From: Eledone cirrhosa
Taxonomy: Eukaryota
Assembly: GCA_964016885.1 (NCBI GenBank)
Contig: OZ024742.1
Coordinates: 138,818,001 to 138,882,000, forward strand
Reading direction: 5' to 3'
DNA: 64,000 bases
The notes under the pieces are model-generated. The model was not told the DNA's origin. It ran no database searches and saw nothing but the letters and a program-made list of their open reading frames with translations. The translations under genes and the position numbers were made by a program. Of this stretch, positions 40,733 through 52,743 are shown in pieces (the first letter of the stretch is position 1; each line of letters opens with the position of its first letter).

Positions 40733-43018
40733 GTTTCTTTATTGGCTACAGGGGCACAAAAGAAGGGGACAAATACAAAGGGGGAAGTTTACATACAATA
40801 AAAACGTTTAAAATAATATCACAAATGCAATTTAAAAATTAATCGATTTTCCCCAAAAGTGGGAGACATTACGTATGGGGAACACATACCCCCGAAAATA
40901 AATGTGCAACCCTCATCTCCAGGAGTACAAAGAGTTTGTACTCCTTTCCTCTCCTCCTCTTTTTCCTCAACCTACAGGCTGATATAGAGAGAAGGCCCAT
41001 TCACTCGGGCCATTCTCGCCACTTTCACCCACCTTTCATAAAACTTGCTGGGGTACAGCACCTCTCTCTCTCCATCATGATTCTTCTTCCAAAGTAGTAT
41101 TTGAAAAAAAGAATCAGTTGTTGGCCGGAAAGAAAGGTGTCTGACCTCAGCCCTTTCAACCTTGTCCACCATACAACCTCTTTCGCCATAGCTATCACAC
41201 AAAGGAAAACCGCCTCTCCTTCGTTTTTGAAGGAGGGTGGCGGTTTGATCATGACAATGGACTCGGTGTTCAACTGGATTGGTCCCACCCGCGACAATAG
41301 TCGTTCTACATAGCCCCACAGGTCGGTGACGCCCGGGCAGTGTATGAATGCGTGCGCGACGGTTTCTTCGTCTCGCACGCACTTCGGACAGATCTTTTTT
41401 GCAGGGTCCCTGCCCGGGCGCCCATGTCTGTAGAGCTAGTCTCGAACTGGTAGAGCTCCTCGGTAGGACTGCCAGGCCAGGGACTTTTGGAAGTTGTCCA
41501 TCAGTCCCGGGCGGAAGGTCCTACCGAACAGACTGGCCGAACAGACTGGCCAGTTGCGCATCGTCAGCCACGGCAGATGACGGACGCTATAAAAGTGTTC
41601 GCCACCTCGGCTCGACCTTTCAAGGATAGTTTGCACTCGGCCCACTTCTGGGTGAGTGCAAACACCTTGGCCGTCACCTCGTTCCAGTTCTTCTCCACCT
41701 GGAGGTCCGGACCAAACCAGACCCCGAGCAGCTTTACTGGTCCTTCCGTCCAGCGTCCGACGACGCCATCGGAAGGCATCGGTCTGCCTCTCCACGATCC
41801 GAGTTGCAAACCGATGGACTTCTCCCGGTTCAGCTTCGCTCCTGTGAACCTTTCGTATTCCTTCAGTAAGGTGCGGACTTCCTCGATTTGCGAGGGGCTC
41901 GACACCATTACTGTCACGTCGTCGGTAGAGCTCGTCGGTAGCACTGCCAGGCCAGGGACTTTTGGGAGTTGTCCATCGGTCCCGGGCGGAAGGTCCTACC
42001 GAACAGACTGGCCAGTTCGTCTTCCTCTACGCCTAGATTTTGTCCAAGCGCGTCGGCGCACTTGCTGCGGATCAACCCTCTATAGAATGACGAAGTGGAG
42101 TCTCCACTGATCGCCGGGTTCGCCTGCCAGAGGGCAGTGAGCGCCTGAGCACATTCGATGTGCCAGTCGCCCATTTTCCTCGGTCTTTGCTTGACCCAGG
42201 ACGGCAGCTCGGTCAGCGAGACGAGTCGTGGGAAGGCTCGCCTCACGATGGGGCCCACACCGGTTGTCCGGTGAGGAATACGTAGAGATGCCGCAACCTG
42301 AGCGCGTGTTTGCGCATCGTCAGCCACGGCATCCCCAGCCCTCCGTTGGAAGGGTGTTTGCAGCAGATGGATCTTCTCACCAAAGGAGCCCGCTTCTTCC
42401 AAAGGAATTGGAAGAGCGCACCCTCCATTTTGGTGAGCGTTTTGGCTGGACAAGGCACGACGGACAAGCGGTAGTAGATGACGGACGCTATGAAAGTGTT
42501 CGCCACCTCGGCTCGACCTTTCAAGGATAGTTTGCACTCGGCCAACTTCTGGGTGAGTGCAAACACCTTGGGCGTCACCTCGTTCCAGTTCTTCTCCACC
42601 TGGAGGTCCGGACCAAACCAGACCCCGAACAGCTTTACCGGTCCTCCCATCCAGCGTCCGACGACGCCATCGGAAGGCACCGGTTTGCATCTCGCGGTTC
42701 CAGAGGGGTGCCCTGCAATAGCTCCAACTGCTGCAGTAGTGGCTCGAGAGTCAGTACGTACAGAAGGGAGGAGAGAGGGCATCCCTACTGAACGGATCGC
42801 GTGATATGGAACGGCTCCGAGAGGTAGCCGTTCACCTTGACCCTTGAGCAGATGTTGCTGTTGTGCATTGCAGCAATCCAGCCCCTTAACACGGGTCTCA
42901 AGCCTGCCGCCTCAAGCACCGCATCCAGGTAACGATGGTCAAACCCATCGAAAGCCTTAGACTGATCCAAGTTGATCAGGGCCCCACTGAAACCTGGTTT
43001 ACACCCAACCCTCTCTAT
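40733..43018 (-). mobile_element. Tx1-clade (L1 group) LINE, 5'-truncated and internally rearranged, 3' end abutting (TC)n
   Basis: RT pieces: LDQSKAFD, VKVNG..SEPF..TRSV. Downstream: VKLLGVWF, LSLKGRAEVANTFIAS, GGLGMP, C..C.DEETVAHAFIHCP. The terminus AATAAAGAAACA is followed by TCTCTC on the minus strand. Confidence 0.85.
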
Positions 43019-43039
43019 AATAGATAGATAGATAGATAG

Positions 43040-43191
<152 letters not shown>

Positions 43192-43298
43192 GTGTTTGTG
43201 TGTGCGTATTTATGTGTATCCCAGTTTAATCAGGGTAACCACAGTAAGTAAAGTACTCAATACATAGTAGAGTATGTCCAATATTTAATGTAGAAGTA

Positions 43299-43404
43299 GC
43301 TTCTAGAAGACTAGAATTGTTTCATTCGAAGGGAATCATCAGGAAAGCCTTCATCATTACCTGATGAAATCCTCCGAATGAAACATTTCTAGTCCTATAG
43401 AATC
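43299..43404. ncRNA. Divergent (back-to-back) pair of degenerate hammerhead motifs, same family as 58612
   Basis: Minus 43299-43348: GCTTTC-CTGATGA-TTCCCTTCGAAT-GAAA-C..TA-GAAGC. Plus 43356-43404: CTGATGA-AATCCTCCGAAT-GAAA-C..TA-GAAT. Confidence 0.55.
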
Positions 43405-43515
43405 CATTTCTATATTATATATGTATGTATGTGTGTTTGTGTGTATGCATATGTATAAATATATATATATATGAATCTATACATATGTGTGTGTGTGCGT
43501 ACGTATATATACATA

Positions 43516-43605
<90 letters not shown>

Positions 43606-43654
43606 GAAAAGAATGAAATGAAATTTCGTTTCTCACTCTTAGTACGGCTGATAC

Positions 43655-44025
43655 TTAAATATAAGTATGTATACGTACATACATATATGTATACAGACGT
43701 ACAGTAGTATGTATATATATATACATACATGCACACATATATATATGTACGTATGGATTCACCGAACAGTGTTCGGCGACCATCGTTGCCCTTTTGTTCA
43801 ACACTGAAAAAGGAACGTTCCTTTGTCAGTGTTGAACAAAAGGGCGACGATGGTTGTCGAATACTGTACGGCTTAATTCGGGCTGTTTGTTTACAAACAA
43901 ACCGAATATTATAATGAATGTTCTGTAAACCCATACGTACATATATGTATATATGTGTGCATGTATGTATATATACATACTACTGTACGTCTGTATACAT
44001 ATATGTATGTACGTATACATACTTA

Positions 44026-44032
<7 letters not shown>
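43655..44032. repeat. Imperfect fold-back element between (TA)n tracts
   Basis: Outer arms 43655-43756 / 43930-44032; inner hairpin 43770-43868 centred on aaggaac|gttcctt. Confidence 0.8.
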
Positions 44033-44089
<57 letters not shown>

Positions 44090-44683
44090 CATACATAATA
44101 CATGCATGCATACATACATGCATGCGTACATACATACATACATACATACATACATACATACATACATACATACATACATACATACATACATACATACATA
44201 CACATGTGCATATATGCATATAATATCCGTAGAAGTAAGATATAAAATCTAAGTCAATCTCATTCTGTTTCTCTCTCACTCTCTCTCTTTCACTCACTCT
44301 CTCTCTCTTTCTCTTTTTTTTTTGGTTGTTTTATTTTTTCTCTCTTAAATATTAACAAATCAAAAACACCATGATCTATTATGTTGTTTGGTACGGCTTG
44401 AGAAATATCAACAGCAGTGGAGCTGTTGGCTTGGCGAAGTGAAATTTAGATTGACTAATAGCAATATTGGACATGTGTAAAAATAGAGAAGAAATTGTTC
44501 TTCATTTGATAACCAAAGGATAATTGATTGAGAGGACATCAATAATACAATACATAGAGACATACATTCATACATACATACATACATACATACATACATA
44601 CATACATACAGGCATACATACATTCACACACACATATATATATATACATTTATATATACATATACATATACATACATATTTAC

Positions 44684-44726
<43 letters not shown>

Positions 44727-45197
44727 TGCACACTTACATAAATACACACACACACACATATGTATGTATATTCTCCGTCTTCAAATGCAGCAGGGTCGAT
44801 ATTTTACCAGCCTATAAAATAATACCAGAAAAAATATGCAATATATATATATTCTTTTTTCTTTCTTTTTATCGGTTTCAGTCATTGGACTGCGGTTATG
44901 ATGCCAGAAAAAACCTGAAGGGATTTAATCGATCATGTTGACACCACAGGACTTATTTCAGCCTGGCAATGGCAATGTATTGAACCACTGAATCACGATT
45001 TTTTACACCGATAAACACAACCATAGACACGGATATATACGTTGTAATCATCTACCAAATTCCACCCATAAGGTATTTTTACTTTGGAGTAACATCCAGC
45101 CTAGAACCACATAGTTGCGAAGTGAACTTTTTAACTGCACAGACCTACATACTCACACATACATACATATAAACCCATATATATATATATATACATA

Positions 45198-45303
<106 letters not shown>

Positions 45304-45310
45304 TATATAT

Positions 45311-45349
<39 letters not shown>

Positions 45350-45356
45350 TATATAT

Positions 45357-45545
<189 letters not shown>

Positions 45546-45752
45546 CATATACACATACATATATATATAATATACATATATTATATATATGATATATATT
45601 CATATACATATATATAATATATACATATATAATATATATGATATATATTCATATACATATATATAATATATACATATATAATATATACATATATTATATA
45701 TACAATATGATATATATGATATACATATATTATATATAATATAATATATATA

Positions 45753-45829
<77 letters not shown>

Positions 45830-46850
45830 AAATATACTGAAAAAATATTAAAAACAGGTCTAAGTATTCTAATTTATTCGTTGAGATTTTTATGAACAAC
45901 AATTGTAAAACTAATTTTTTCGAACATACACTGCGCTTTTATGTGTTCTCATCCATAAGGAACATATGATTTGGAATAGTTACCAATATTATTTTTCCTT
46001 TTGATTTTCCTAAATTTGACTGTTTTCATCTTTTCTTTCTTTCTGTCTTTCTGTCTTTCTTTTATTCTTTTCTTTCTTTTCTTTTTGTTTTACTTTACTT
46101 ACTTGCTCCCCACCAGTGTTCGAAACTGTCTCTGGTTTTGGAGAAAGGATTAATTGTGATTATATTTTACTTCCTCTTTTATAATTATTCTTGCAAAACT
46201 TTTTCTTTTAATTTTTAATTGAAAGAATTATCTTTTTGTCGATACTAACTGTGCCCTCTTGTCTGGTTAACAAACATTACGTAGAATTTAACACCAGAAA
46301 TTTTACATGCTACCATATACAACACTTTACAGTATTTGGTATATATATATGTAAATAATTAAATAATTTCTCTAATTACGATGCTAATTACGGATTATAA
46401 CCAGTGTTATTCATACTTCGGTGGAGGAAAGAAAAATGATATGTTTTGAAGTTCTCGAGATAAAAAAGAACATAAATACACAAACACATACCCTTACAGA
46501 CCTGACTATTCTCACAGTTACACATATACAGACACAAAAACAATGGACAACAGACTATACATAAAGACATTGTGTAGTTATTTTATTCCCAAATGAAACA
46601 TCTACAATGAATAATTGAAAGTTATTCTTGCCAATATTTCAGCACATATTCTAAAGAGAATATTGATGTAAATGCATAGATACACTTTATCTAATATTTC
46701 GTACTTATTACATAAATGTCTTCTTATTGTATTGAAACTGTAATGATATTTTTAAATAATGGAGTTTCTTTAATGTGTCGTTCTAGATAGTTGACTTTTT
46801 ATTCGTCATGAAATACATATCACAGCAACATCTTTGAGCAAACAGCGATA

Positions 46851-47879
46851 ATGGACACAGGATCTATAGTGTATATCACATGTGAAACAGTGATTGCTGT
46901 AATGTCCATAGTTGGTAACTTTCTCGTATTGTTAGCAATTCGTCGCAATCAGAAACTGCAGACTACAACTAACTGCTTTATTGGAAGTCTTGCTGTCGCT
47001 GACTTACTCGTAGGTTTTCTGGCGGCACCTCTGGCAGTTCTCAGTTATAAGGGTTTACCACGTGATTTTAGTGGCTGTGTACTTGTAAACTCCTGTATTG
47101 TTTTGTTAACTCAGTGCTCCATAAATGGACTCCTTGTCATCGCAATAGATCGCTTTATTGCCATTAATTATCCGTTTACTTATGAGAAATATTTCACAAT
47201 TAAATTTTCTCTTGTGGTGATTATCATTAGTTGGACTGTAGCTTTGATTATCGGACTCGTACCAATCATGGGTTGGAATAAGGGTCCGACCAAAGAAAAG
47301 TCTTGCAATTTTATGCGTGTCATTGACCTACAGTATATGGTTTACTTCAACTTTTTCGGCTGTGTTTTATTCCCTTTGGTTGTCATGCTGGCAATCTATG
47401 TACACATCTTCAAAATAGTCATGACGCAGCTGAAACAAATATCAGCGTTGCAGCCCAATATCGGTGGCGACAGCAGAAAAAAATTTGCTCGAAGAAAATT
47501 GTATAAAGAGATAAAAGCTGCTAAAAGCCTTGTGATAATAATCTGTATATTTGTCGTCTGCTGGTTCCCCATTCACATATCAAATTGTATTATTTTGTTG
47601 AGAGGACCCAAAAACTTACTGCCTCGCAGTGTTTTGCTTGCAGCAATTCTTCTCAGTCACGCCAATTCGTTCATCAACCCCTGTTTATATGCATATGGAA
47701 ACTCACAATTTAAATATACGATTCGCGGTTTCTTTTGTCGAAATAGTGTGGCTTCTATCGGGGATGAATTTACTATGTCACACCAGCATTACCCGATTAA
47801 TTCTTCAGTAAATGACTCTTTAAATAAACCGAAGTCGATTCGAATCTCCGTTATAGCGAAAGGCGAAATTATAGGTTAA
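46851..47879 (+). CDS. Adenosine receptor-like class A GPCR, single coding exon, 342 aa
   Basis: Seven hydrophobic segments with GN (TM1), SLAVAD (TM2), LTQCSI..IAIDRF (TM3), C.F..VI..YMVYFNFFGCVL.PL (ECL2/TM5), EIKAAKSL..CWFPIHI.NC (TM6) and LSHANS.INP.LYAY (TM7), all adenosine-receptor signatures. Intact from ATG to TAA. Confidence 0.93.
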   Translation: MDTGSIVYITCETVIAVMSIVGNFLVLLAIRRNQKLQTTTNCFIGSLAVADLLVGFLAAPLAVLSYKGLPRDFSGCVLVNSCIVLLTQCSINGLLVIAIDRFIAINYPFTYEKYFTIKFSLVVIIISWTVALIIGLVPIMGWNKGPTKEKSCNFMRVIDLQYMVYFNFFGCVLFPLVVMLAIYVHIFKIVMTQLKQISALQPNIGGDSRKKFARRKLYKEIKAAKSLVIIICIFVVCWFPIHISNCIILLRGPKNLLPRSVLLAAILLSHANSFINPCLYAYGNSQFKYTIRGFFCRNSVASIGDEFTMSHQHYPINSSVNDSLNKPKSIRISVIAKGEIIG

Positions 47880-48970
47880 CTAAACATAATCATAAACTGA
47901 CTTTTAATCAAAAGAAATTGTAAATTAAAAAGAAATGAAAGCAATGGTTACAGTTCCTTGAAAAATCGATACTATATTTAAAAGAATGTATTGCCTTCAC
48001 CTATTTGCTTCTATCTATATGCTATTTCTTTTGACATAATCTTAGATCGTATTCAGCTGCCTCATAAATTATAAGGCTTGGATTGAATCAAAAAAATAAC
48101 TTCTTCGCTGTTGTCTATTCTGTCTCAAGTATGTAACTAATTTTCTGGAAAAAAAAAAACAATAAAAGAGAAGAAAAGAAACCCATTTCATACAATAACT
48201 TGTGCATTTGTCGAAGATAACGCTTTAAAAATGACATTAAAATGTACACTTGATGAATATCTCAGATAAAACAAAATAAATAAATAAATGAATTAAAAAA
48301 ATAAATAAATAAATATGTAAATAAATACAAAAATCGTCAATATGAATCATGAAAAGGAAATTATAATTAACAATAAATGAAAGAAAACTGAATGATTTGG
48401 TTTCAAATATTTATCCGTTCACGTGAAATATTTATTTGCGGATTGAAAATATTTAAATTTGATTTCATACGTTCATCTGTTTTTATTTGTGAGAAATGTA
48501 AATTATTTTTGTTGCACATAAATTTGAATATGTAAATTTGTTTCTCTCCTTCCATTCAACTATTTCTTTAAGCTCAAATTGTTTGTATTTTCTATTATAC
48601 AGTCTTTATCTGTTAATACGTATATCCCCTTAATTAATATCAAAATTGTCTACGATCTCTTTATATGATGCCCCCTATATGTAATATATGTGATACGAAA
48701 TAATGCGAAGGGCTCTGTATGATAATCTGACCTGCACGGAAGAGCATCCAAAATTCGCTTGAATTACAAATTACCACCTTTAAGAACGAAGTGATGTTTA
48801 AAATATTGTAGACTGGGATGAATTAACTCTATCTAAAAGGGTGGCATTGCCACTACTAGATTTAGTCAAAGGTCTTCTTTACACACACACATATGTATAT
48901 ATCTGACCACGTCCCCCACCACATATTAGATAGAACAGCAGCTTTCATCCCGTATATATATATATATCTA

Positions 48971-49020
<50 letters not shown>

Positions 49021-49057
49021 GCACACACACAAACAAACATGCATATATATGTGTGTG

Positions 49058-49101
<44 letters not shown>

Positions 49102-49311
49102 AATGGATTCAGGACCCCGACGGCAGAGCTCAAGCCATTTCGACGGCTAAATCTGGACTAAATTTTAGTCCAGAAATAACCGTCAAAACGGCTTGAGCTC
49201 TGCCGTCGGGGTCCTGACCTTTCCTATTACCCACTCTACTACCCAAAGTATCGAGTACTCTGGTGCGTTACGGTCCACCTGGTTCCTTACCACACTTCCT
49301 TCATTAGAAAC

Positions 49312-49361
<50 letters not shown>

Positions 49362-49367
49362 TATTAT

Positions 49368-49403
<36 letters not shown>

Positions 49404-49827
49404 GATTAGAGGAGTTGAAAATACAACTATATAAGGCTGAGAGATATCCAAATCACCAATGTGATTTTATTGTCCACAGTAAGACTGGCAAAATACAATT
49501 CAGAGTTTAATCCAATTTGTAAATTCCCAGTCATAGACCATATATAAAATGGTGGACAAATAATTTACCAGGGTTTAATACATTTAATTTATTTACGCAC
49601 GTTTCTTTCAAATACAGAAGGAAGTAATATTTTATTTCTCAGAAAAATTAAATAATACAAAAAAGATAGTTTTCTTTTACCAATTGCATGTCTGAATGTC
49701 TCCAAACACCAAAGAATTGGAAAACGTAAATGTTTTCGTGTTTGAGGACATTTGTGTTTGAAGACATTCGGAATTCAATAAAGAAGAATAAAATGCTTCT
49801 TCCTTCTATATTTGAAAGAAACGTATG

Positions 49828-50045
49828 TAAATCAATTAAATAATTGTTTCTACTTTAGGCACAAGGCCAGCAATCACCCAGTGCATTACTGGTACTTTAT
49901 TTTATCGACCCCGTAAGGATGAAAGGCAAAGTCAACCTCGGCGGGATTTGAACTCAGATCATAAAGGGACGTAGCTATGCTGGAAAGCATGGCGTCCGAC
50001 CCTCTACCGATACTGCCAATCCACCGCCTAAATCAATTAAATAAT
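49828..50045 (-). mobile_element. Full-length SINE family A copy with 17-bp TSD
   Basis: taaatcaattaaataat at 49828-49844 and 50029-50045 flanks the element, which starts GGCGGTGGATTGGCAGTATCGG on the minus strand. Confidence 0.92.
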
Positions 50046-50347
50046 GTATTAAATATTGATTCTAGAAGGTGAACAGAAAAGACAGAAATCATTAAGAAGA
50101 AATAAAAATTATTCCTGTTGTTTCGATTTATTGATATGCACCGGGAATATCAATGGATCGAAACAACAGGAGTAATTTTTATTTCTTCTTCGTGTTTTTC
50201 GGGGGGGGGGGTTCTGTTCAACTTCTAACTGTCTGATGAGTTCATAACTGTTGCATAACGGTTGCCACCGAAATATATATATTAGCGATTATGAATTAAT
50301 GACGTGATTTCTAACCTGTTGACTTTTACTTCATGATTATACATACA

Positions 50348-50433
<86 letters not shown>

Positions 50434-50448
50434 TATATATATATATAT

Positions 50449-50856
50449 CACGCCACGGCTTGCACTTATGCTGCGGGAAACGCTTTCGAAAGCGGCTTCG
50501 TGCGATGCCATCGGATTATAAACCGTCTTGCGAGCTCGTTTTCGTTTTTCTCCTTCATCGCCTCCTTCAGTAACAAGAAGAAGAAGACGACGAGGAGGAG
50601 GAGAAAACGATTGGCCGGCAGTCGGCGGGCGATTGATTTCGTTTTCGTCCGTTTCTTCGTCGACGTCGCCGGGAGAGAGGAGACCGTCTCGTTACGCGCG
50701 CGTAATGCCGCCGACCGCGCCGCGCCGTGTCCTTTTCCTTCTTCTTCTCCTTCGTTTCTCCCAGCTCGTAGACGGGTTGCCGACGTTCCACCTTTTCTCA
50801 TTCTTTCGATTCCGCCTACGCCTTCGCACGCCGCGCCGCGTTTCCGCTCGGTCGTT
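50449..50856 (+). other. Probable rDNA 5' external transcribed spacer fragment
   Basis: Abrupt GC/CpG-rich segment running directly into the 18S 5' end. Confidence 0.7.
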
Positions 50857-51563
50857 CACCTGGTTGATCCTGCCAGTAGTCATATGCTTGTCTCAAAGCT
50901 TAAGCCATGCAAGTGTAAGTTCATGCCGTAAACGAATGGTGAAACCACGAATGGTTCAGGAACCGGACCTAATTCTCGAGACGATATTCCTCACCGCGAG
51001 GAGAGTGGATAACTGTGGCAATTCTAGAGCTAATACATGCAACTGAGGCCGCGATCGCAGGTTGCACCCGGGAGTCGGGTTACAAAACGCGCGGTCGTCG
51101 TCGTTCCGTCTTCCAGCGCGGTCCTAACAGACCGCGTCGATACGGTCGGCCTTCTCATTGGTCGCGACGCAAATATTAGACTGAGACTGACGACGCGTCA
51201 GAGCCGGCGCCGTTCGCAGTTGGCTGCCTGCGGTCGGCATCGTGCATCAATTCGACTTTGGTGACTCTGGATAACTGTCAGTACGATCGCACGGGCTTAG
51301 AATCGCTTCTGGCCTTCGCGCGACGGGTCACCTGCGAGTCCGCCCTATCAACTGTCGACGGCCCGGTAAGCGCCGACCGTGGTGGCAAAGGGTAACGGGA
51401 AATCAGGGTTCGATTCCGGAGAGGGAGCATGCGAAACGGCTACCACATCCAAGTAAGGCAGCAGGCGCGCAAATTACCAACTCCCGGCACGGGGAGGTAG
51501 TGACGAAAAATCTCTGTCGAGACCCCGCGTTCGGAATGAGTACACTTCAAATCCGTTAACGAG
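50857..51563 (+). pseudogene. Truncated 18S rRNA copy (5' ~700 nt)
   Basis: ACCTGGTTGATCCTGCCAGTAGTCATATGCTTGTCTCAAAG, GGATAACTGTGGCAATTCTAGAGCTAATACATGC, AGGGTTCGATTCCGGAGAGGGAGC, GGCAGCAGGCGCGCAAATTACC. It stops after GGAATGAGTACAC..TTAACGAG, and there is an apparent deletion near 51511. Confidence 0.92.
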
Positions 51564-52006
51564 AACCACCCAACCGATTTTTTCAAACTTTACACATGTA
51601 ATACTTATGGTCGTGTGAGTGTTTTGAGCAAAAAATATTTCAAATTTTCAATGCCCTAGGGACCGCATTAGGAGCCAGTTACCGATCTCTCCCTCCCATT
51701 CTTAGTCTGTCTTTATAGATAGATGCATAGCTATAACGTTGCCCCCTTATAATATCTGTCTGTATGTCTGGCTGTCTGCATTACGAAATTATGAAAACAT
51801 AAAACGCAGAAGTACATATTTCGAAAAACGTTGCAACCGAAGGAAAACAAGATGATGATAATTTTGTTCGTGAAGACGTTCCCTGGCAATGAACGGGAAA
51901 AAAGCGGAGATAATACGTCAGCAATGAAAACAACATTTGTTCGTTCTAGGGTTCTTATATATTTGATATATAGTTATCCTTATCGAGCTCTCTTTGGTTC
52001 GACTAA

Positions 52007-52061
<55 letters not shown>

Positions 52062-52470
52062 AACACAGATAGCGAAGTCAATGTTTTCATAATGTCGTAA
52101 TGCAGATAGATACATAGCTATAACATCGCGCCCCAGTTAAGACGGCACTCGTGGCTTAGCAATTACATAGTCAACGGTTCGGAAATCACATGCATCACTG
52201 ACGAGTTTACTCCTTACTCTACCAGTTAGTCTTAGTGTACTTCGTCCTGCTTTTAGGTCATGCCTTGAAAGAAGAGATACTCCATTGGTCGAAATACTGC
52301 GAAAGTGACAAGAAAAAGAACAAGGTGGGCAAACGAAACGTCAGTGGAATCTGCTATTCGGCGGTCGCAAGGCCGAGGTATTCCGTACTTCTCTGTACTG
52401 TTTCAGAAAAGAGGGATAAATATGCCAATCTATGTTTAGAATCCCGAGCAACGCCGGGCCATTCTGCTAG
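51560..52470 (+). mobile_element. Non-autonomous Helitron-like element (3' end recognisable)
   Basis: A GC hairpin CCCGAGCAACGCCGGG (52443-52458) is followed 8 nt later by CTAG|T (52467-52471), the canonical Helitron 3' terminus. Confidence 0.65.
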
Positions 52471-52485
52471 TACATTATAAAACAC

Positions 52486-52665
52486 TTTTTTAAAAGAATT
52501 GTCCCTCTCATTTTTTCAATAATGTCACTTTGACGAATCAAAGAAAGGAAAACACAGGCGCTTAAATATATTTAAGGGTCTGTTTTTCTTTTCCTTTTTT
52601 TCCTTTCTTTGATTCGTCAAAGTGACATTATTGAAAAAATGAGAGAGACAATTCTTTTAAAAAAG
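52486..52665. repeat. Inverted repeat with ~65-bp arms just upstream of the Penelope RT
   Basis: tttttaaaagaattgtc..tcactttgacgaatcaaagaaagg is mirrored by cctttctttgattcgtcaaagtga..gacaattcttttaaaaa. Confidence 0.85.
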
Positions 52666-52667
52666 AG

Positions 52668-52740
<73 letters not shown>

Positions 52741-52743
<3 letters not shown>

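Noticed and set aside
49843-50028. tRNA genes at A/B-box sites
   Set aside because: No cloverleaf, and the multi-copy body, tail and TSD show these are SINEs.
50230-50310. CTGATGA-GTTCATAA...TTATGAAT hammerhead start
   Set aside because: No properly placed GAAA/stem III or stem I partner; at most a decayed relic.
50466-51264. Arg-rich ORFs on both strands
   Set aside because: Shadow ORFs over GC-rich ETS/18S sequence.
50857-51563. Functional rRNA gene or rDNA array
   Set aside because: Only the 5' part is present, with an apparent deletion, and there is no ITS, 5.8S or 28S.
52196-52346. Hammerhead-like CTGACGA...GAAACGTC inside the Helitron-like element
   Set aside because: No stem I can form around the core; it is better explained as a long hairpin closed by CACTGACG/CGTCAGTG.
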